64,000 nt of DNA from an uncultured Nitrososphaeria archaeon (GTDB taxonomy: Archaea; Thermoproteota; Nitrososphaeria_A; Caldarchaeales; Wolframiiraptoraceae): positions 1,147 through 65,146 of the forward strand of contig CAZKRR010000001.1 of assembly GCA_964555135.1 (NCBI GenBank), written 5' to 3'. The notes below the pieces were generated by a model. It did no database searches, was not told the origin of the DNA, and saw nothing but the letters and a program-made list of their open reading frames with translations. Positions 40,668 to 51,125 of the stretch are shown piece by piece. Positions within the stretch are counted from its first letter, which is position 1. Every line of letters starts with the position of its first letter. The position numbers and the translations under genes were made by a program.

Positions 40668-41531
40668 ATGAGTCAGAAACAAATTTTAAGGGAAAAGATA
40701 GCTGAGGAATCGCCGAGAGATGATCTGATAAGAAGAGAGAGGTTTCCCCACATATGGTGTCCAGGATGCGGTCTCGGAACCGTATTGAAATGTTACGTAG
40801 AAGCGATTGCAGCATCCAATATCCCTATAGATAAGCATGTAATTGTCTCGGGCATAGGTTGTACCGGTAGGATCGCTGGGTATGTTAGACTAGACTCCTA
40901 CCATGTAACTCATGGGAGACCGATAGCATTCGCCGAGGGAATGAAGATCGTTAGACCCGACCTTGAAGTAACAGTAATATCTGGAGATGGAGACCTAGTA
41001 ACCATAGGTGGAAACCACTTCATACATGCTGTCAGAAGAAATGTAGATATAAACGTCTTCCTAGTTAACAACTTTATATATGGTATGACTGGGAACCAAA
41101 TGGGGTCGACTACACCTTTAGGAGCTAAAAGCTCAACGAGCCCATACGGCTGCCCAGAATTTCCATTTAACTTGCCATTGTTGACAGCAGCTCTAGGAGC
41201 ACCATTTGTTGCGAGATGGACTACCCTGCATGTTCGACAACTTGCTGACGCTATGAAGAAAGCTTTACGAGTTAGAGGGTTCGCATTCATCGAGATAATA
41301 TCTCCATGCCCAGTCGGCTTCGGCTCCTATAACGATTTAAGAGAAGGTAGAGATTACATCAAGCTATTCCTAGAAAACTGTATAATAGACCATTCAGCTG
41401 ACCTAAACAGGGTAGGTATAACTCTCAGACCAGGTGAACCAATAATCTTAGGAAACTTCGTTGACCGTGAAGTACCTACATACCATGAGCTAGAATTGGA
41501 AGTTTTCAGGAAAGCGGGGTGGTTGAAGTGA
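40668..41531 (+). CDS. korB: 2-oxoglutarate-type oxidoreductase beta subunit
   Basis: WCPGCG, SGIGC, HGR, GDGD..IGGNH and YGMTG motifs. Confidence 0.92.
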   Translation: MSQKQILREKIAEESPRDDLIRRERFPHIWCPGCGLGTVLKCYVEAIAASNIPIDKHVIVSGIGCTGRIAGYVRLDSYHVTHGRPIAFAEGMKIVRPDLEVTVISGDGDLVTIGGNHFIHAVRRNVDINVFLVNNFIYGMTGNQMGSTTPLGAKSSTSPYGCPEFPFNLPLLTAALGAPFVARWTTLHVRQLADAMKKALRVRGFAFIEIISPCPVGFGSYNDLREGRDYIKLFLENCIIDHSADLNRVGITLRPGEPIILGNFVDREVPTYHELELEVFRKAGWLK

Positions 41532-42061
41532 GATGGGATATAAGATTGGCAGGTTTCGGCGGTCAAGGAGTAATTAGGGCTGGAGAGATCTTGGGTAGAG
41601 CTGCTATTAAGCAGGGGCTTGACTCTGCTATGAGACCAATGTATGGACCTGAGAAGACTGGTGGATGGTCTCGGGCGGATGTAGTAATCTCTGATCAGCC
41701 TATAATATTTCCTCTAATAGTTAGACCTGATATTTTGGTTGCGATGTCTCAGGATGGCATGAATAGGGATGGCTCATCATTAAAGAAAGACGGGATGCTT
41801 CTCATAGATGGAGAATTAATAAAAGACATCAAATGCTATCCCAGTAAGATCTACTCAGTAGATGCTACGAGTATAGCGGATAACCTAGGTAGAAGGATAG
41901 TTGCAAACATAGTAATGCTCGGAGCTTTCGTTAAAGCATTCGGGATAGTTAATGAAGACATACTCTTACAGACAATTATTGAAACCTTCCCTAGAGCGAC
42001 CGAATTGAATAAGACAGCCTTCAAGCTTGGTGTGGAAAATGTGAAGGAGGTGAAGATATAG
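41519..42061 (+). CDS. korC: 2-oxoglutarate-type oxidoreductase gamma subunit
   Basis: AGFGGQGV, YGPE..GG and NIVMLGA motifs. Confidence 0.92.
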   Translation: MVEVRWDIRLAGFGGQGVIRAGEILGRAAIKQGLDSAMRPMYGPEKTGGWSRADVVISDQPIIFPLIVRPDILVAMSQDGMNRDGSSLKKDGMLLIDGELIKDIKCYPSKIYSVDATSIADNLGRRIVANIVMLGAFVKAFGIVNEDILLQTIIETFPRATELNKTAFKLGVENVKEVKI

Positions 42062-45000
42062 ATGTCTGATGAAGTCTTAGTTATAGGCGGAGGGATAGCT
42101 GGAATACAATGCTCTCTAGATCTTGCTAATGCTGGCGTAAAGGTAGTACTTGTTGAGAAGACCCCTACGATAGGGGGGAAGATGGCGATACTTGATAAGA
42201 ATTTCCCAACGCTAGACTGTTCAATCTGCATCGAAGCGCCGAAGATGAGCGAAGTAGGTAAGCATCCAAACATAGAGTTGGTAACTCTCGCAGAAGTAGT
42301 AAATGTCGAGAAGGACGGTGAAGACTATGTAGTTGAGATATACCAGAAGCCCAGGTATGTAACAGATGAATGTAGTAGATGCGGTCTCTGCGTAGATGCA
42401 TGTCCAGTCTTACTAAAGAATGAATTCGATTATGGCATGGCTGCTAGAAAAGCAATATACACACCTATCCCACAATCTGAGCCAGGAGCGTACGTTATAG
42501 ATATTGATAACTGTTTGAATAAGCCTCCAAACTATCTACCATGCGATAGATGCGTACAAGTCTGTGGTCCTAAATGTATAGATTTCTTCATGAAACCTAA
42601 GATAATAAAGAAGAGGGTTAAAGCGATAGTTGTTGCTACGGGATTTGAAGTTTTCGACGTAACTAGGATACCGGACTACTCTTATGGTCTACACCCAGAT
42701 ATCTTAACTTCCATGGAATATGAGAGACTACTACAATCAACCGGTCCAAGTGGTGGAGAAATAATTAAACCAAGTAATGGTCATCATCCTGAAAACATAT
42801 GCTTCATCTTATGCGTTGGCTCAAGAGACCCTAGATATAACAAGTATTGTTCAAGATTCTGCTGCATGTATACAATTAAAGAAGCTGTCCAGACGGTTGA
42901 ACACGGGATAAAGAACGTAGACATCCTGTACATGGATATTAGAGCATACGGTAAAGGTTTTGACGGTTTCTATAAGAGAGCTAAAGATGAAGGTGTAAGA
43001 TTCATAAAAGGGAGAGCTGCGAGAGTGATCCCCAATGGAGATAAACTGAAGGTGAGATATGAAAACATTGCAGAAGAGAGAATGGAAGAAAAAGAATACG
43101 ATATGGTCGTACTAGCAGCAGCGGCTGAACCTCCACCCGACCTAGCCAAGCTTGCAAACATATTAGGTATTGAGTTAGATGAAGACGGATTCATTAAGAC
43201 AAGACCATGGCATGGAAAAATGATAGCTACTACTATGGAAGGAATCTTCGTATGTGGGAGCGCCTCAGGTCCAAAAGACATAGCAGATAGCGTGACAGAA
43301 GCAGGTGCAGCAGCTTCTGCAGCTCTTGAATACGTAAAGAAGAAGACTTGGCCTAAACTAGAATTTGAAGAGACGATACCTGCGGAAGGAGAGACTAGGG
43401 TAGGTGTATTCATATGTCATTGTGGAACGAACATCGCAGGTGTTGCGGATGTAAAGTGGTTAGCTCAGGAAGCTGCAAAGATACCTGGAGTAGTTCACTC
43501 AGAAGATCTTAGATTCGCATGCGCAGGCGTATACACAAAATATATCGAGCAGGTGATTAAGGAGAAGAATATTAATAGGCTTGTTGTAGCTGCATGCTCC
43601 CCGAGAACCCATCTACCCGTTTTTGCTGGAGCAGCCATGAGGGCAGGCTTAAACCCGTACCTAGTCGAAATGGCGAATATACGTAATCTCGATACATGGG
43701 TTCACGCAGGCTACCCAAAGGAGGCTACGGAGAAAGCATTAGATATGATCAGGATGGCTGTAGCTAAAGCTAAGCTACTCAAGCCTCTATACGTTGTAAA
43801 GCTTCCAGTAACTAGGAGAGCATTAGTAATCGGCGGCGGCGTTGCAGGAATGGCTGCGGCAGCAAGCTTAGCTCGCCAAGGCTTTGAAACATACCTAGTT
43901 GAGAAGGAAGGCCAGTTAGGTGGGCTTGTAAGACATCTTGACGTTATAGCCCCTGAGGGGATAAGAGCTCAAGATTTACTGTATGAGATGGAGAGAGAAG
44001 TATATAGTTCAGGTGTGAAGGTTATCCTGAATGCAAAGGTTGAATCGGTAAGCGGGTATATTGGAAACTTTATTGCAAACCTATCGAGTGGAGAGAAGCT
44101 TGAGGTCGGAGCAATCATTATGGCGACCGGCGCGAAAGTCTATCAACCGCAGGGGGTCTTCCAGACAAATGGTGGGAACATAATAACCTCCTTCGACTTA
44201 GAGCAGATATTCAAGAATAACAATGACCTCAATGCTAAGAATGTAGTCTTCATTAGCTGCGTAGGTTCTAGATACGATTCAAAAGGCTGCTCAAGATTCT
44301 GCTGTCAAGTAATGATAAAGCAGGCAATCAGGCTTAGAGAGATGGGGAAGAATGTATTCATACTCTACAAAGATATCAGGACCTACAGTAGGAAGGCTGA
44401 AGAACTATACGAGAAAGCAAGAGCACTAGGCGTCAGATTCGTAAAATACCACCCTGAGAAGAAACCTGAAGAAGCTATAAAAATTGAGAATGGGTTAGTG
44501 TACGTGAAAGATGAACTACTAGGAGAAGAAATCGGTATACCTGCAGACCTAGTAGTATTAAATGTAGGTCTTGTTCCAAACGATGAGATAAATCCAATCG
44601 TTGAACAATTAAAACTATCTAGAGATGAAGCAGGCTTCCTTCTCGAACTCCACCCGAAGCTTGGACCAGTTGAGTCAATGGTTGGAGGAGTATTCCTTGC
44701 AGGAACATCTCAGAACCCGAAAGATGTTAGAGAAGCAATCTCACAAGGCTTAGCTGCAGCAGCTAAAGCAGCAGCACTACTAGCGAAAGACACTATTGAT
44801 AAGGAGCCGCTAGTACCTAGGATAAACTATGATAAATGTACATACTGTCAGAGATGCGCTCAAGTATGTACTTTCTCAGCTCTTAGAGGGGAGCTTAGAA
44901 AGAGTTTGGAATTGATTAGTGCATTATGCCAGGGATGTGGAAACTGTTCAGCTGAATGTATGGTTGGAGCTATTGAAGCTCCAGGATTTACCGATGAACA

Positions 45001-45469
45001 GATTATTGCACAGATCGATGCAGCGTTAGAAGATAGACCAGACGAGAAAGCGATAGTCTTTACGTGTAATTGGTGCTCATACGCAGGTGCAGACCAAGCA
45101 GGTATAGAGAAGCTCCAGTATCCACCAAGCTCTAGAGTGATAAGAACAATGTGTTCAGCTAGGGTCTCGCAGAAGCTCATATTAAGAGCATTCGAGAAGG
45201 GTGCCGCGGTAGTTGCAGTTACTGGTTGCTGGCCACAAGACTGCCACTACAATTACGCAAACCTAAACACGGAGAGGAGGGTTAAGCAAATGAAGAAGAT
45301 ATTGGAAGCTAGGGGGATCAATCCTGAAAGATTAATACTACACTGGAATAGCGCAGCAGAAAGCAAGAGGTGGGCAGCTAAAATGAAAGAGATAGATGAA
45401 TTAATCAAGAAGATCCCAAGAGAAGAAATAATTGAATCTATCCAAAAACTTGGAGGTGGAAGAAAGTGA
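42062..45469 (+). CDS. hdrA: Tandem HdrA-like flavoprotein fused to an MvhD domain
   Basis: Two VIGGG.AG FAD modules, two CVGSR..CSR.CC motifs, an internal GVFICHCG domain, ferredoxin inserts, and C-terminal CNWCSY..C..GC...DCHY (MvhD). Confidence 0.93.
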   Translation: MSDEVLVIGGGIAGIQCSLDLANAGVKVVLVEKTPTIGGKMAILDKNFPTLDCSICIEAPKMSEVGKHPNIELVTLAEVVNVEKDGEDYVVEIYQKPRYVTDECSRCGLCVDACPVLLKNEFDYGMAARKAIYTPIPQSEPGAYVIDIDNCLNKPPNYLPCDRCVQVCGPKCIDFFMKPKIIKKRVKAIVVATGFEVFDVTRIPDYSYGLHPDILTSMEYERLLQSTGPSGGEIIKPSNGHHPENICFILCVGSRDPRYNKYCSRFCCMYTIKEAVQTVEHGIKNVDILYMDIRAYGKGFDGFYKRAKDEGVRFIKGRAARVIPNGDKLKVRYENIAEERMEEKEYDMVVLAAAAEPPPDLAKLANILGIELDEDGFIKTRPWHGKMIATTMEGIFVCGSASGPKDIADSVTEAGAAASAALEYVKKKTWPKLEFEETIPAEGETRVGVFICHCGTNIAGVADVKWLAQEAAKIPGVVHSEDLRFACAGVYTKYIEQVIKEKNINRLVVAACSPRTHLPVFAGAAMRAGLNPYLVEMANIRNLDTWVHAGYPKEATEKALDMIRMAVAKAKLLKPLYVVKLPVTRRALVIGGGVAGMAAAASLARQGFETYLVEKEGQLGGLVRHLDVIAPEGIRAQDLLYEMEREVYSSGVKVILNAKVESVSGYIGNFIANLSSGEKLEVGAIIMATGAKVYQPQGVFQTNGGNIITSFDLEQIFKNNNDLNAKNVVFISCVGSRYDSKGCSRFCCQVMIKQAIRLREMGKNVFILYKDIRTYSRKAEELYEKARALGVRFVKYHPEKKPEEAIKIENGLVYVKDELLGEEIGIPADLVVLNVGLVPNDEINPIVEQLKLSRDEAGFLLELHPKLGPVESMVGGVFLAGTSQNPKDVREAISQGLAAAAKAAALLAKDTIDKEPLVPRINYDKCTYCQRCAQVCTFSALRGELRKSLELISALCQGCGNCSAECMVGAIEAPGFTDEQIIAQIDAALEDRPDEKAIVFTCNWCSYAGADQAGIEKLQYPPSSRVIRTMCSARVSQKLILRAFEKGAAVVAVTGCWPQDCHYNYANLNTERRVKQMKKILEARGINPERLILHWNSAAESKRWAAKMKEIDELIKKIPREEIIESIQKLGGGRK

Positions 45470-46620
45470 TAAAGGCTAAACTAGTAGATGTAGAATTAAT
45501 TGAGAAACTAGCACAATTAACTTCTGGAGCCGCAGACTACTGCTACCAATGTGGAACATGTACTGGTTCATGCCCATTCAATCTACTAAACCCCCAAACC
45601 GTTAATCCTAGGAAGATTGTTAGAAGCGCTCAGCTCGGGCTAATATATGATGATGGAAGTTTATGGTATTGCTCAACATGCGGTCTCTGTGAAGCTAAAT
45701 GTCCATGGTCCGTTAAGATCACCGAAGTAGTTAGAGGATATAGACAGCTTGCTACAGAGGAGAGAAAGCTACCTCACAAATTCGAAGAAATACTCTGGAT
45801 GATATATGAGGATGGAACAGCTTTTCCAGGCTCAAGTATAGAGAGAGCAGCATGGACTGAAGGTTTAAACATTAAGGACGCCTCAAAACAGAAAGTTAAA
45901 GTACTACTTTATGTCGGATGCGCAGTCTCATTTGATAAAAGATTACAGAAAATAGCTAGATCTCTTGCAAGCGTACTTTCAACAGCAGGAGTAGACTTTG
46001 GAATACTCGGTAAAGAAGAAAGATGCTGCGGAGACTTAGTATACAATATTGGTGAAGAAGCTTTCCTAGAAGAGCTTGCAGTCCAGAATATTGAGAGATT
46101 CAATAAGACTGGAGCTGAGGCTATAATAACGATCTCCCCCCATTCTGCGCATATGTTTAAGAAAGTATATCCCAGATATGGATTAAAGATACTCGCCTCC
46201 CACTACATAGAGTTCCTCCACGATTTGATAGAGAGGGAGAGAATTAAAATGGATAAAGCTGTGGATGATGAAGTAACAGTGCATGATCCATGCTACCTTG
46301 GGAGACATCTAAAGATATATGAGCAACCTAGGAAGATACTGTCAAGCATACCTGGATTAAAGATTTTAGAGATGAATGAAGCTAAGGAAAATGCAGTGTG
46401 CTGTGGAAGTGGTGGTGGAAGACACTTTTTAGACATTCACGGTGATAGACTATCTCACTACAGGGTCATGCAGGCAGCTCAGACAGGCGCTAAAACATTA
46501 GTAGCTCCATGCCCATTCTGTATCCAAAACTTTGAAGATAGCGTGAAAACCAAGAAACTAAGCTTAAACATTAAAGATGTCGTAGAATTGGTTAATCAAT
46601 CATTGAGGAGGAGTGCATGA
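45466..46620 (+). CDS. HdrD-like Fe-S oxidoreductase (2x[4Fe-4S] plus two CCG domains), soluble
   Basis: CYQCGTCTGSCP, CSTCGLCEAKCP, ERCCG and HDPC..VCCG..CPFC motifs. Confidence 0.92.
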   Translation: MIKAKLVDVELIEKLAQLTSGAADYCYQCGTCTGSCPFNLLNPQTVNPRKIVRSAQLGLIYDDGSLWYCSTCGLCEAKCPWSVKITEVVRGYRQLATEERKLPHKFEEILWMIYEDGTAFPGSSIERAAWTEGLNIKDASKQKVKVLLYVGCAVSFDKRLQKIARSLASVLSTAGVDFGILGKEERCCGDLVYNIGEEAFLEELAVQNIERFNKTGAEAIITISPHSAHMFKKVYPRYGLKILASHYIEFLHDLIERERIKMDKAVDDEVTVHDPCYLGRHLKIYEQPRKILSSIPGLKILEMNEAKENAVCCGSGGGRHFLDIHGDRLSHYRVMQAAQTGAKTLVAPCPFCIQNFEDSVKTKKLSLNIKDVVELVNQSLRRSA

Positions 46621-47605
46621 AATGGATCCAGAATACAGGAGCGTCTGGGTATTCCTAGAGAGACGTAGAGAAGAAATAATCGAATCTTCACTCGAAGTTC
46701 TGGGGAAAGCCCGTGAACTAGCAGATAGATACGGAGATAAAGTAGCAGGAATATTAATGGGGGCTGGAAACCTAGATAGACTTGCTGAAGCAGCTATAAC
46801 TTATGGGGCAGACATAGTCTACACTATTCAAGACGAGTTACTTCGAGATTATTCAACAATACCGTATTCTGAAGCATTGTCTAGGATGATCACAATGTAT
46901 AAACCCAACATAATCCTTTATCCTGCTACTAGGAATGGTAGAGACCTTGCTGGTAGAATATCTGCAAAATTAAACCTGGGACTATCAGCTAATACTGTCT
47001 GGCTAGACATAGTTGGAGATGGAGTATTACTAGCGGGCGTACCAGGATTCGGAGGGGGGATAATGGCTGTAACTAAGTGTCTAACTAAGCCTCAGATGGC
47101 AACTGTACGGCCTGGTGCATTCCCTAAGCCTCAGCCAAACCTTACAAGAACTGGGAGGATAGAAAGAATAGATATTGGTAAGCTCCCAGAACCTCCAATC
47201 AAGGCCATTGAAAGAGTATTCTACACAGTTGAAGATATTAGTAAAGCTGAAGCAATCATAATAGCTGGAATAGGCATAAGAGAAAATATCGAAGTAGTTA
47301 AGAAGCTTTCAGAGAAATTGAATTGGGCCTTCGGAGCAACCAGACCTCTCTCAGATGAAGGTCTAGTCCCCAGAGACATATTTGTCGGAGCAACTGGGAA
47401 AACGGTGAGACCAAAAATAGCATTGATAGTTGGTGCAAGTGGAGCAGCCCACTTTATCTCTGGAGTTGCAGGAGCTGAAAAGATAATCTCTATTAACATA
47501 GACCCTGAAGCACCTATCCATTCATACTCCGACTACTCTATAGTCGGGGATGCATACAAGATTATCCCAAAACTATTAGAGAAATTGGAGGCTGAGACCA
47601 AATGA
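46613..47605 (+). CDS. etfA: Electron transfer flavoprotein alpha subunit
   Basis: PQMATVRPG, GATR, GKTVRP, GASGA and INIDPEAPI motifs. Confidence 0.92.
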   Translation: MHEMDPEYRSVWVFLERRREEIIESSLEVLGKARELADRYGDKVAGILMGAGNLDRLAEAAITYGADIVYTIQDELLRDYSTIPYSEALSRMITMYKPNIILYPATRNGRDLAGRISAKLNLGLSANTVWLDIVGDGVLLAGVPGFGGGIMAVTKCLTKPQMATVRPGAFPKPQPNLTRTGRIERIDIGKLPEPPIKAIERVFYTVEDISKAEAIIIAGIGIRENIEVVKKLSEKLNWAFGATRPLSDEGLVPRDIFVGATGKTVRPKIALIVGASGAAHFISGVAGAEKIISINIDPEAPIHSYSDYSIVGDAYKIIPKLLEKLEAETK

Positions 47606-48393
47606 TGCATATAATTGTGTGTATGAAGATCACTCCAAAATCTGAGCAAGTTAGACTAGACCCTAATACTAAGACTATAATTAGAGAAGGAGTAGAAAAT
47701 GAGATAAACCCGGCTGACAAGAATGCCTTGGAAGCAGCATTACAATTGAAAGATAAGCATGGCTGTAAAGTAACAGTCCTAGGCATGGGGCCACCGATCT
47801 GGGAGTCATACATGAAGCTTGCGGTATCCATGGGAGCGGATGATGCTATTCTCGTATCCGATAGAGCATTCGCAGGCGCAGACACCCTTGCTACGAGCAG
47901 GACACTGGCTGCAGCTATAAGGAAGATCGGAGAATATCACTTAATATTTTGTGGAGAAGAGTCAAGCGATGCTGGAACGGGTCATGTACCTCCAAGTATT
48001 GCAGAATTCCTCAACATACCTCAAATAACATTCGTAAACCACATCGAAATCATAGATGGAAGAATCAGAGCTAGAAGAGTATTAGAAGGTGCTTATGAAG
48101 TCTTAGAATGCACCCCCCCAGTCCTGCTCTCTATCGAATATGGTTGTAATACGCCTAGATTTCCAGACTTTAGGAGGAAGAGATGGGTAGACAAGGAGTT
48201 CAAGCTTAGGGTCTGGGATATAAAAGATCTTGAATTAAATGAGGAGGAGGTAGGATTAAAGGGCAGTAGAAGCATCGTGGAAGAGCTTAGAGAGATGGGG
48301 CTAGGTGAAAGAGCTAGACAAAAGATAACTGGTACCGAAGATGAAATCGTAGCTCAAATACTAAACATTATACGTCCATACATCAAGAAGTAA
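47602..48393 (+). CDS. etfB: Electron transfer flavoprotein beta subunit
   Basis: IIVCMK, INPAD..ALE, MGP and SDRAFAGADTLATS motifs. Confidence 0.94.
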   Translation: MMHIIVCMKITPKSEQVRLDPNTKTIIREGVENEINPADKNALEAALQLKDKHGCKVTVLGMGPPIWESYMKLAVSMGADDAILVSDRAFAGADTLATSRTLAAAIRKIGEYHLIFCGEESSDAGTGHVPPSIAEFLNIPQITFVNHIEIIDGRIRARRVLEGAYEVLECTPPVLLSIEYGCNTPRFPDFRRKRWVDKEFKLRVWDIKDLELNEEEVGLKGSRSIVEELREMGLGERARQKITGTEDEIVAQILNIIRPYIKK

Positions 48394-48424
48394 ACCATAA
48401 AAACATCATAATCACATATTTTTC

Positions 48425-49105
48425 TTGAATAAAATGCATAATAAGACGATCATAGTTGTCTGGGAAGGAGTGGATGGAGCAGGAAAGACTACCCTCTTAA
48501 ACGAAACTTTAAACATATTAAACTCAATGGACTTTAAAGTGCTAAAGTATAAGACTCCAAGCAATACACCTTCGGGTATATTTGCGAAAAAATACGGAAA
48601 TAGGTCTGAAGTCGACCATTTAACACGGATGCTCTTATTCTTAGCTAATACTTCAGACGACTCAGCATTAATGAAGAAGGAAATTGAAAAAGAGAAACCT
48701 GACTATTACTTCATTGATAGATACTATGTCTGCTCGATAGTTTACGGGTTAGCTCTCTCTAAAGCAAGAGGAGAAGAAGTTGGAGAAGAAGAACTTAAAC
48801 AGTTCATCGAATTCGTAGAGAAGGTCGGGCTTAAGGTTTTCGTTAATCCTGACTTATATGTAATCGTTGATGTAGGAGAAGAAGATAGAAAACGTAGAGT
48901 AGAGGTGAAAGAAGGCCAGGGAGGTATTGAAGAAGAAATAGAGAAAAGTACGGAGATTCAAGATCAAGTAAGAAAATTCTATAGATACTTCCATCACCTT
49001 AGACCCCACCAAACAATCTGGCTTGAGAATGCTGAAGGAGAACTAAAAAAGAATACGAAGATAATAATTGAGAAGCTGTTAGAGTTTAAGAAGCTTAGGG
49101 AATAA
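48425..49105 (+). CDS. tmk: Thymidylate kinase
   Basis: EGVDGAGKTT P-loop and IDRY..SIVYG motif. Confidence 0.85.
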   Translation: MNKMHNKTIIVVWEGVDGAGKTTLLNETLNILNSMDFKVLKYKTPSNTPSGIFAKKYGNRSEVDHLTRMLLFLANTSDDSALMKKEIEKEKPDYYFIDRYYVCSIVYGLALSKARGEEVGEEELKQFIEFVEKVGLKVFVNPDLYVIVDVGEEDRKRRVEVKEGQGGIEEEIEKSTEIQDQVRKFYRYFHHLRPHQTIWLENAEGELKKNTKIIIEKLLEFKKLRE

Positions 49106-49133
49106 ATTTAAGGTAGTATTCTAAGATAGAGGG

Positions 49134-49733
49134 ATGATGAGTGAGCTTACTAGAACTTTTATCGCAGTAGACTTTGATAACCCTGGAATAGTTTGGAAGA
49201 TTCAAGAGATCCAGAAAGATTTAAAAAATTCAGGTATTGTTGCTAAGGATGTCGAGCCGCAGAATCTACATTTAACGCTCTGGTTTCTGGGAGAACTCCC
49301 CGAGAACAAGCTAAAGATAGTTCTAGATGAAGTAAGAAGAGTTAGTTTTAACAGATTTGAAGTAAAAGTTAGAGGCGTCGGGTATTTTCCAGGAGGAAAT
49401 AGAGTAAGCGTAATCTGGCTAAAGATAGAAGATCCAACTAATACCCTCAACAACATACTTGACCAGCTGCTGGATAGTCTTGGAAAGAAGGGATTCAGAT
49501 ACGATGAGAGAGGATTTACGCCCCACTTAACTATTACTAGAGTTAAGTATATCCAAGATAAGCAGAAAGCTTTAAAGAAGCTACAAGAATTAAGAGATGT
49601 CCAGTTAGGTCAACAGATGATAGATGCTCTTAAAGTAAAGAAGAGTGTATTGACAGCTAAAGGACCAATATATAGTGATTTACTAGTTGTGAAAGCTGGA
49701 GGAGCCCTCGATGATAAGCGACGTATTGGATGA
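49134..49733 (+). CDS. thpR: RNA 2',3'-cyclic phosphodiesterase (2'-5' RNA ligase family)
   Basis: RTFIA, two HLT (HxT) motifs and GPIY. Confidence 0.93.
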   Translation: MMSELTRTFIAVDFDNPGIVWKIQEIQKDLKNSGIVAKDVEPQNLHLTLWFLGELPENKLKIVLDEVRRVSFNRFEVKVRGVGYFPGGNRVSVIWLKIEDPTNTLNNILDQLLDSLGKKGFRYDERGFTPHLTITRVKYIQDKQKALKKLQELRDVQLGQQMIDALKVKKSVLTAKGPIYSDLLVVKAGGALDDKRRIG

Positions 49734-51096
49734 AGCTCTCCAGCTATATAAGCCTAGTCAAGAAGAAGAAAGATACTTGATGGATTTAGCTAACACAATA
49801 ATTCATCGAGCTGAGAAATACTCTCCAGACTATAAGGGTATTATTAAGATAACCCTTGAAGGATCTCTAGCAAAGAAGACATGGATAAGAGGAAGAGAGG
49901 AAGTAGACATATTCATACATCATGACTCTAAGATTACCCGTGAAGAGATGGAGAAGCAGATAATAGACATAGGCTTTAAGATATTAAAAGAATTAGATGG
50001 TAAACCTAGATTAATGTATGCAGACCACCCGTATGTCGAGGGTAGGATAAAGAATGTAGTAGTAAACATCGTTGCATGCTACGATGTAACACCACCTAAC
50101 TGGCTTAGCGCTACAGATAGAACACCATATCATACAAAGTACATTATAGAGAAGATGAAGCCAGAAGTTAGAGACCACGTTAGATTAATGAAAGCATTCA
50201 TGGCGGGATGCAGAGTATATGGTGCAGAGATAAAAGTAAGAGGATTCAGCGGCTACCTTGCAGAACTATTATTATTAAATTATGGAGACTTTAACAACAC
50301 AATCCAAGCAATCTCAAAATGGAAGCCTCCTATCGCCATAGATATTGAGAGATACTATGACTTAGTTGATGAACTGTTTAAGCTCTTTCCTAACCAACCC
50401 TTAATAGTAGTAGACCCTGTAGATAGATATAGGAATGTGGCCTCTGCAGTCTCTGAAGAGAGATTATGTGAGCTTATCCTCGCTTCAAAACTTTTCCACG
50501 AATCACCTAGCATAAAATTCTTCAAACCTAAACCTCCTACAGTTAAGATATCTAGATTAAGAAGAAAAATATTGAGAAGAAGGTTCGTCGGAATAGTCTT
50601 CAGGATTTCTAAGTGGAAGCCCCCTGATGTTCTTTGGGGTGAATTAAGAAAGAGTGAAGAAGCAGTAAAGAAGACGCTTGAAAGATTAGGTTTTAGAATA
50701 TATAGATCTGATTCATGGACAGATGAAGAAAAAACATGTATAATATTATGTGAAATAAGTAATAATAGGCTTCCATGCGCCCGGCTTCATCGGGGTCCAC
50801 CAGTATATCATCCAAATTCTCTAGAATTCATAAAAAAATGGAAGGATAACCCTGAGAGAGAAGCTGGACCATGGATAGATGATTCTAGATTGTATGTACT
50901 GAGGGTTGAACCGATAGTGGATGTTAAGAAGCTGTTGAAGAAAGAGATTGAAGAAGGAAGAGTTTCATTAGCTAAAGGATTAACTGAAGATATAAAGAAA
51001 GGGAAGATCATAACATCGATAGAGAACCTCATAAAAAATAGAAATCTAAGATTATTCATAAACGAGTTTATTGAGGCTAGCCTATCATTCATCTAA
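49711..51096 (+). CDS. cca: Archaeal class I CCA-adding enzyme
   Basis: GSLAKKTW..EVDIF, YADHPYV, SATDRTPYH, GFSGYL and DPVD..RNVA motifs. Confidence 0.95.
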   Translation: MISDVLDEALQLYKPSQEEERYLMDLANTIIHRAEKYSPDYKGIIKITLEGSLAKKTWIRGREEVDIFIHHDSKITREEMEKQIIDIGFKILKELDGKPRLMYADHPYVEGRIKNVVVNIVACYDVTPPNWLSATDRTPYHTKYIIEKMKPEVRDHVRLMKAFMAGCRVYGAEIKVRGFSGYLAELLLLNYGDFNNTIQAISKWKPPIAIDIERYYDLVDELFKLFPNQPLIVVDPVDRYRNVASAVSEERLCELILASKLFHESPSIKFFKPKPPTVKISRLRRKILRRRFVGIVFRISKWKPPDVLWGELRKSEEAVKKTLERLGFRIYRSDSWTDEEKTCIILCEISNNRLPCARLHRGPPVYHPNSLEFIKKWKDNPEREAGPWIDDSRLYVLRVEPIVDVKKLLKKEIEEGRVSLAKGLTEDIKKGKIITSIENLIKNRNLRLFINEFIEASLSFI

Positions 51097-51125
51097 AATT
51101 TAGACCTTGGAATAACTACTTAGAA

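Noticed and set aside
42062..46620. Hdr genes as evidence of methanogenesis or sulfate reduction
   Set aside because: No mcr, mtr, hdrB, apr or dsr genes in the window; Hdr-like modules are widespread outside those pathways
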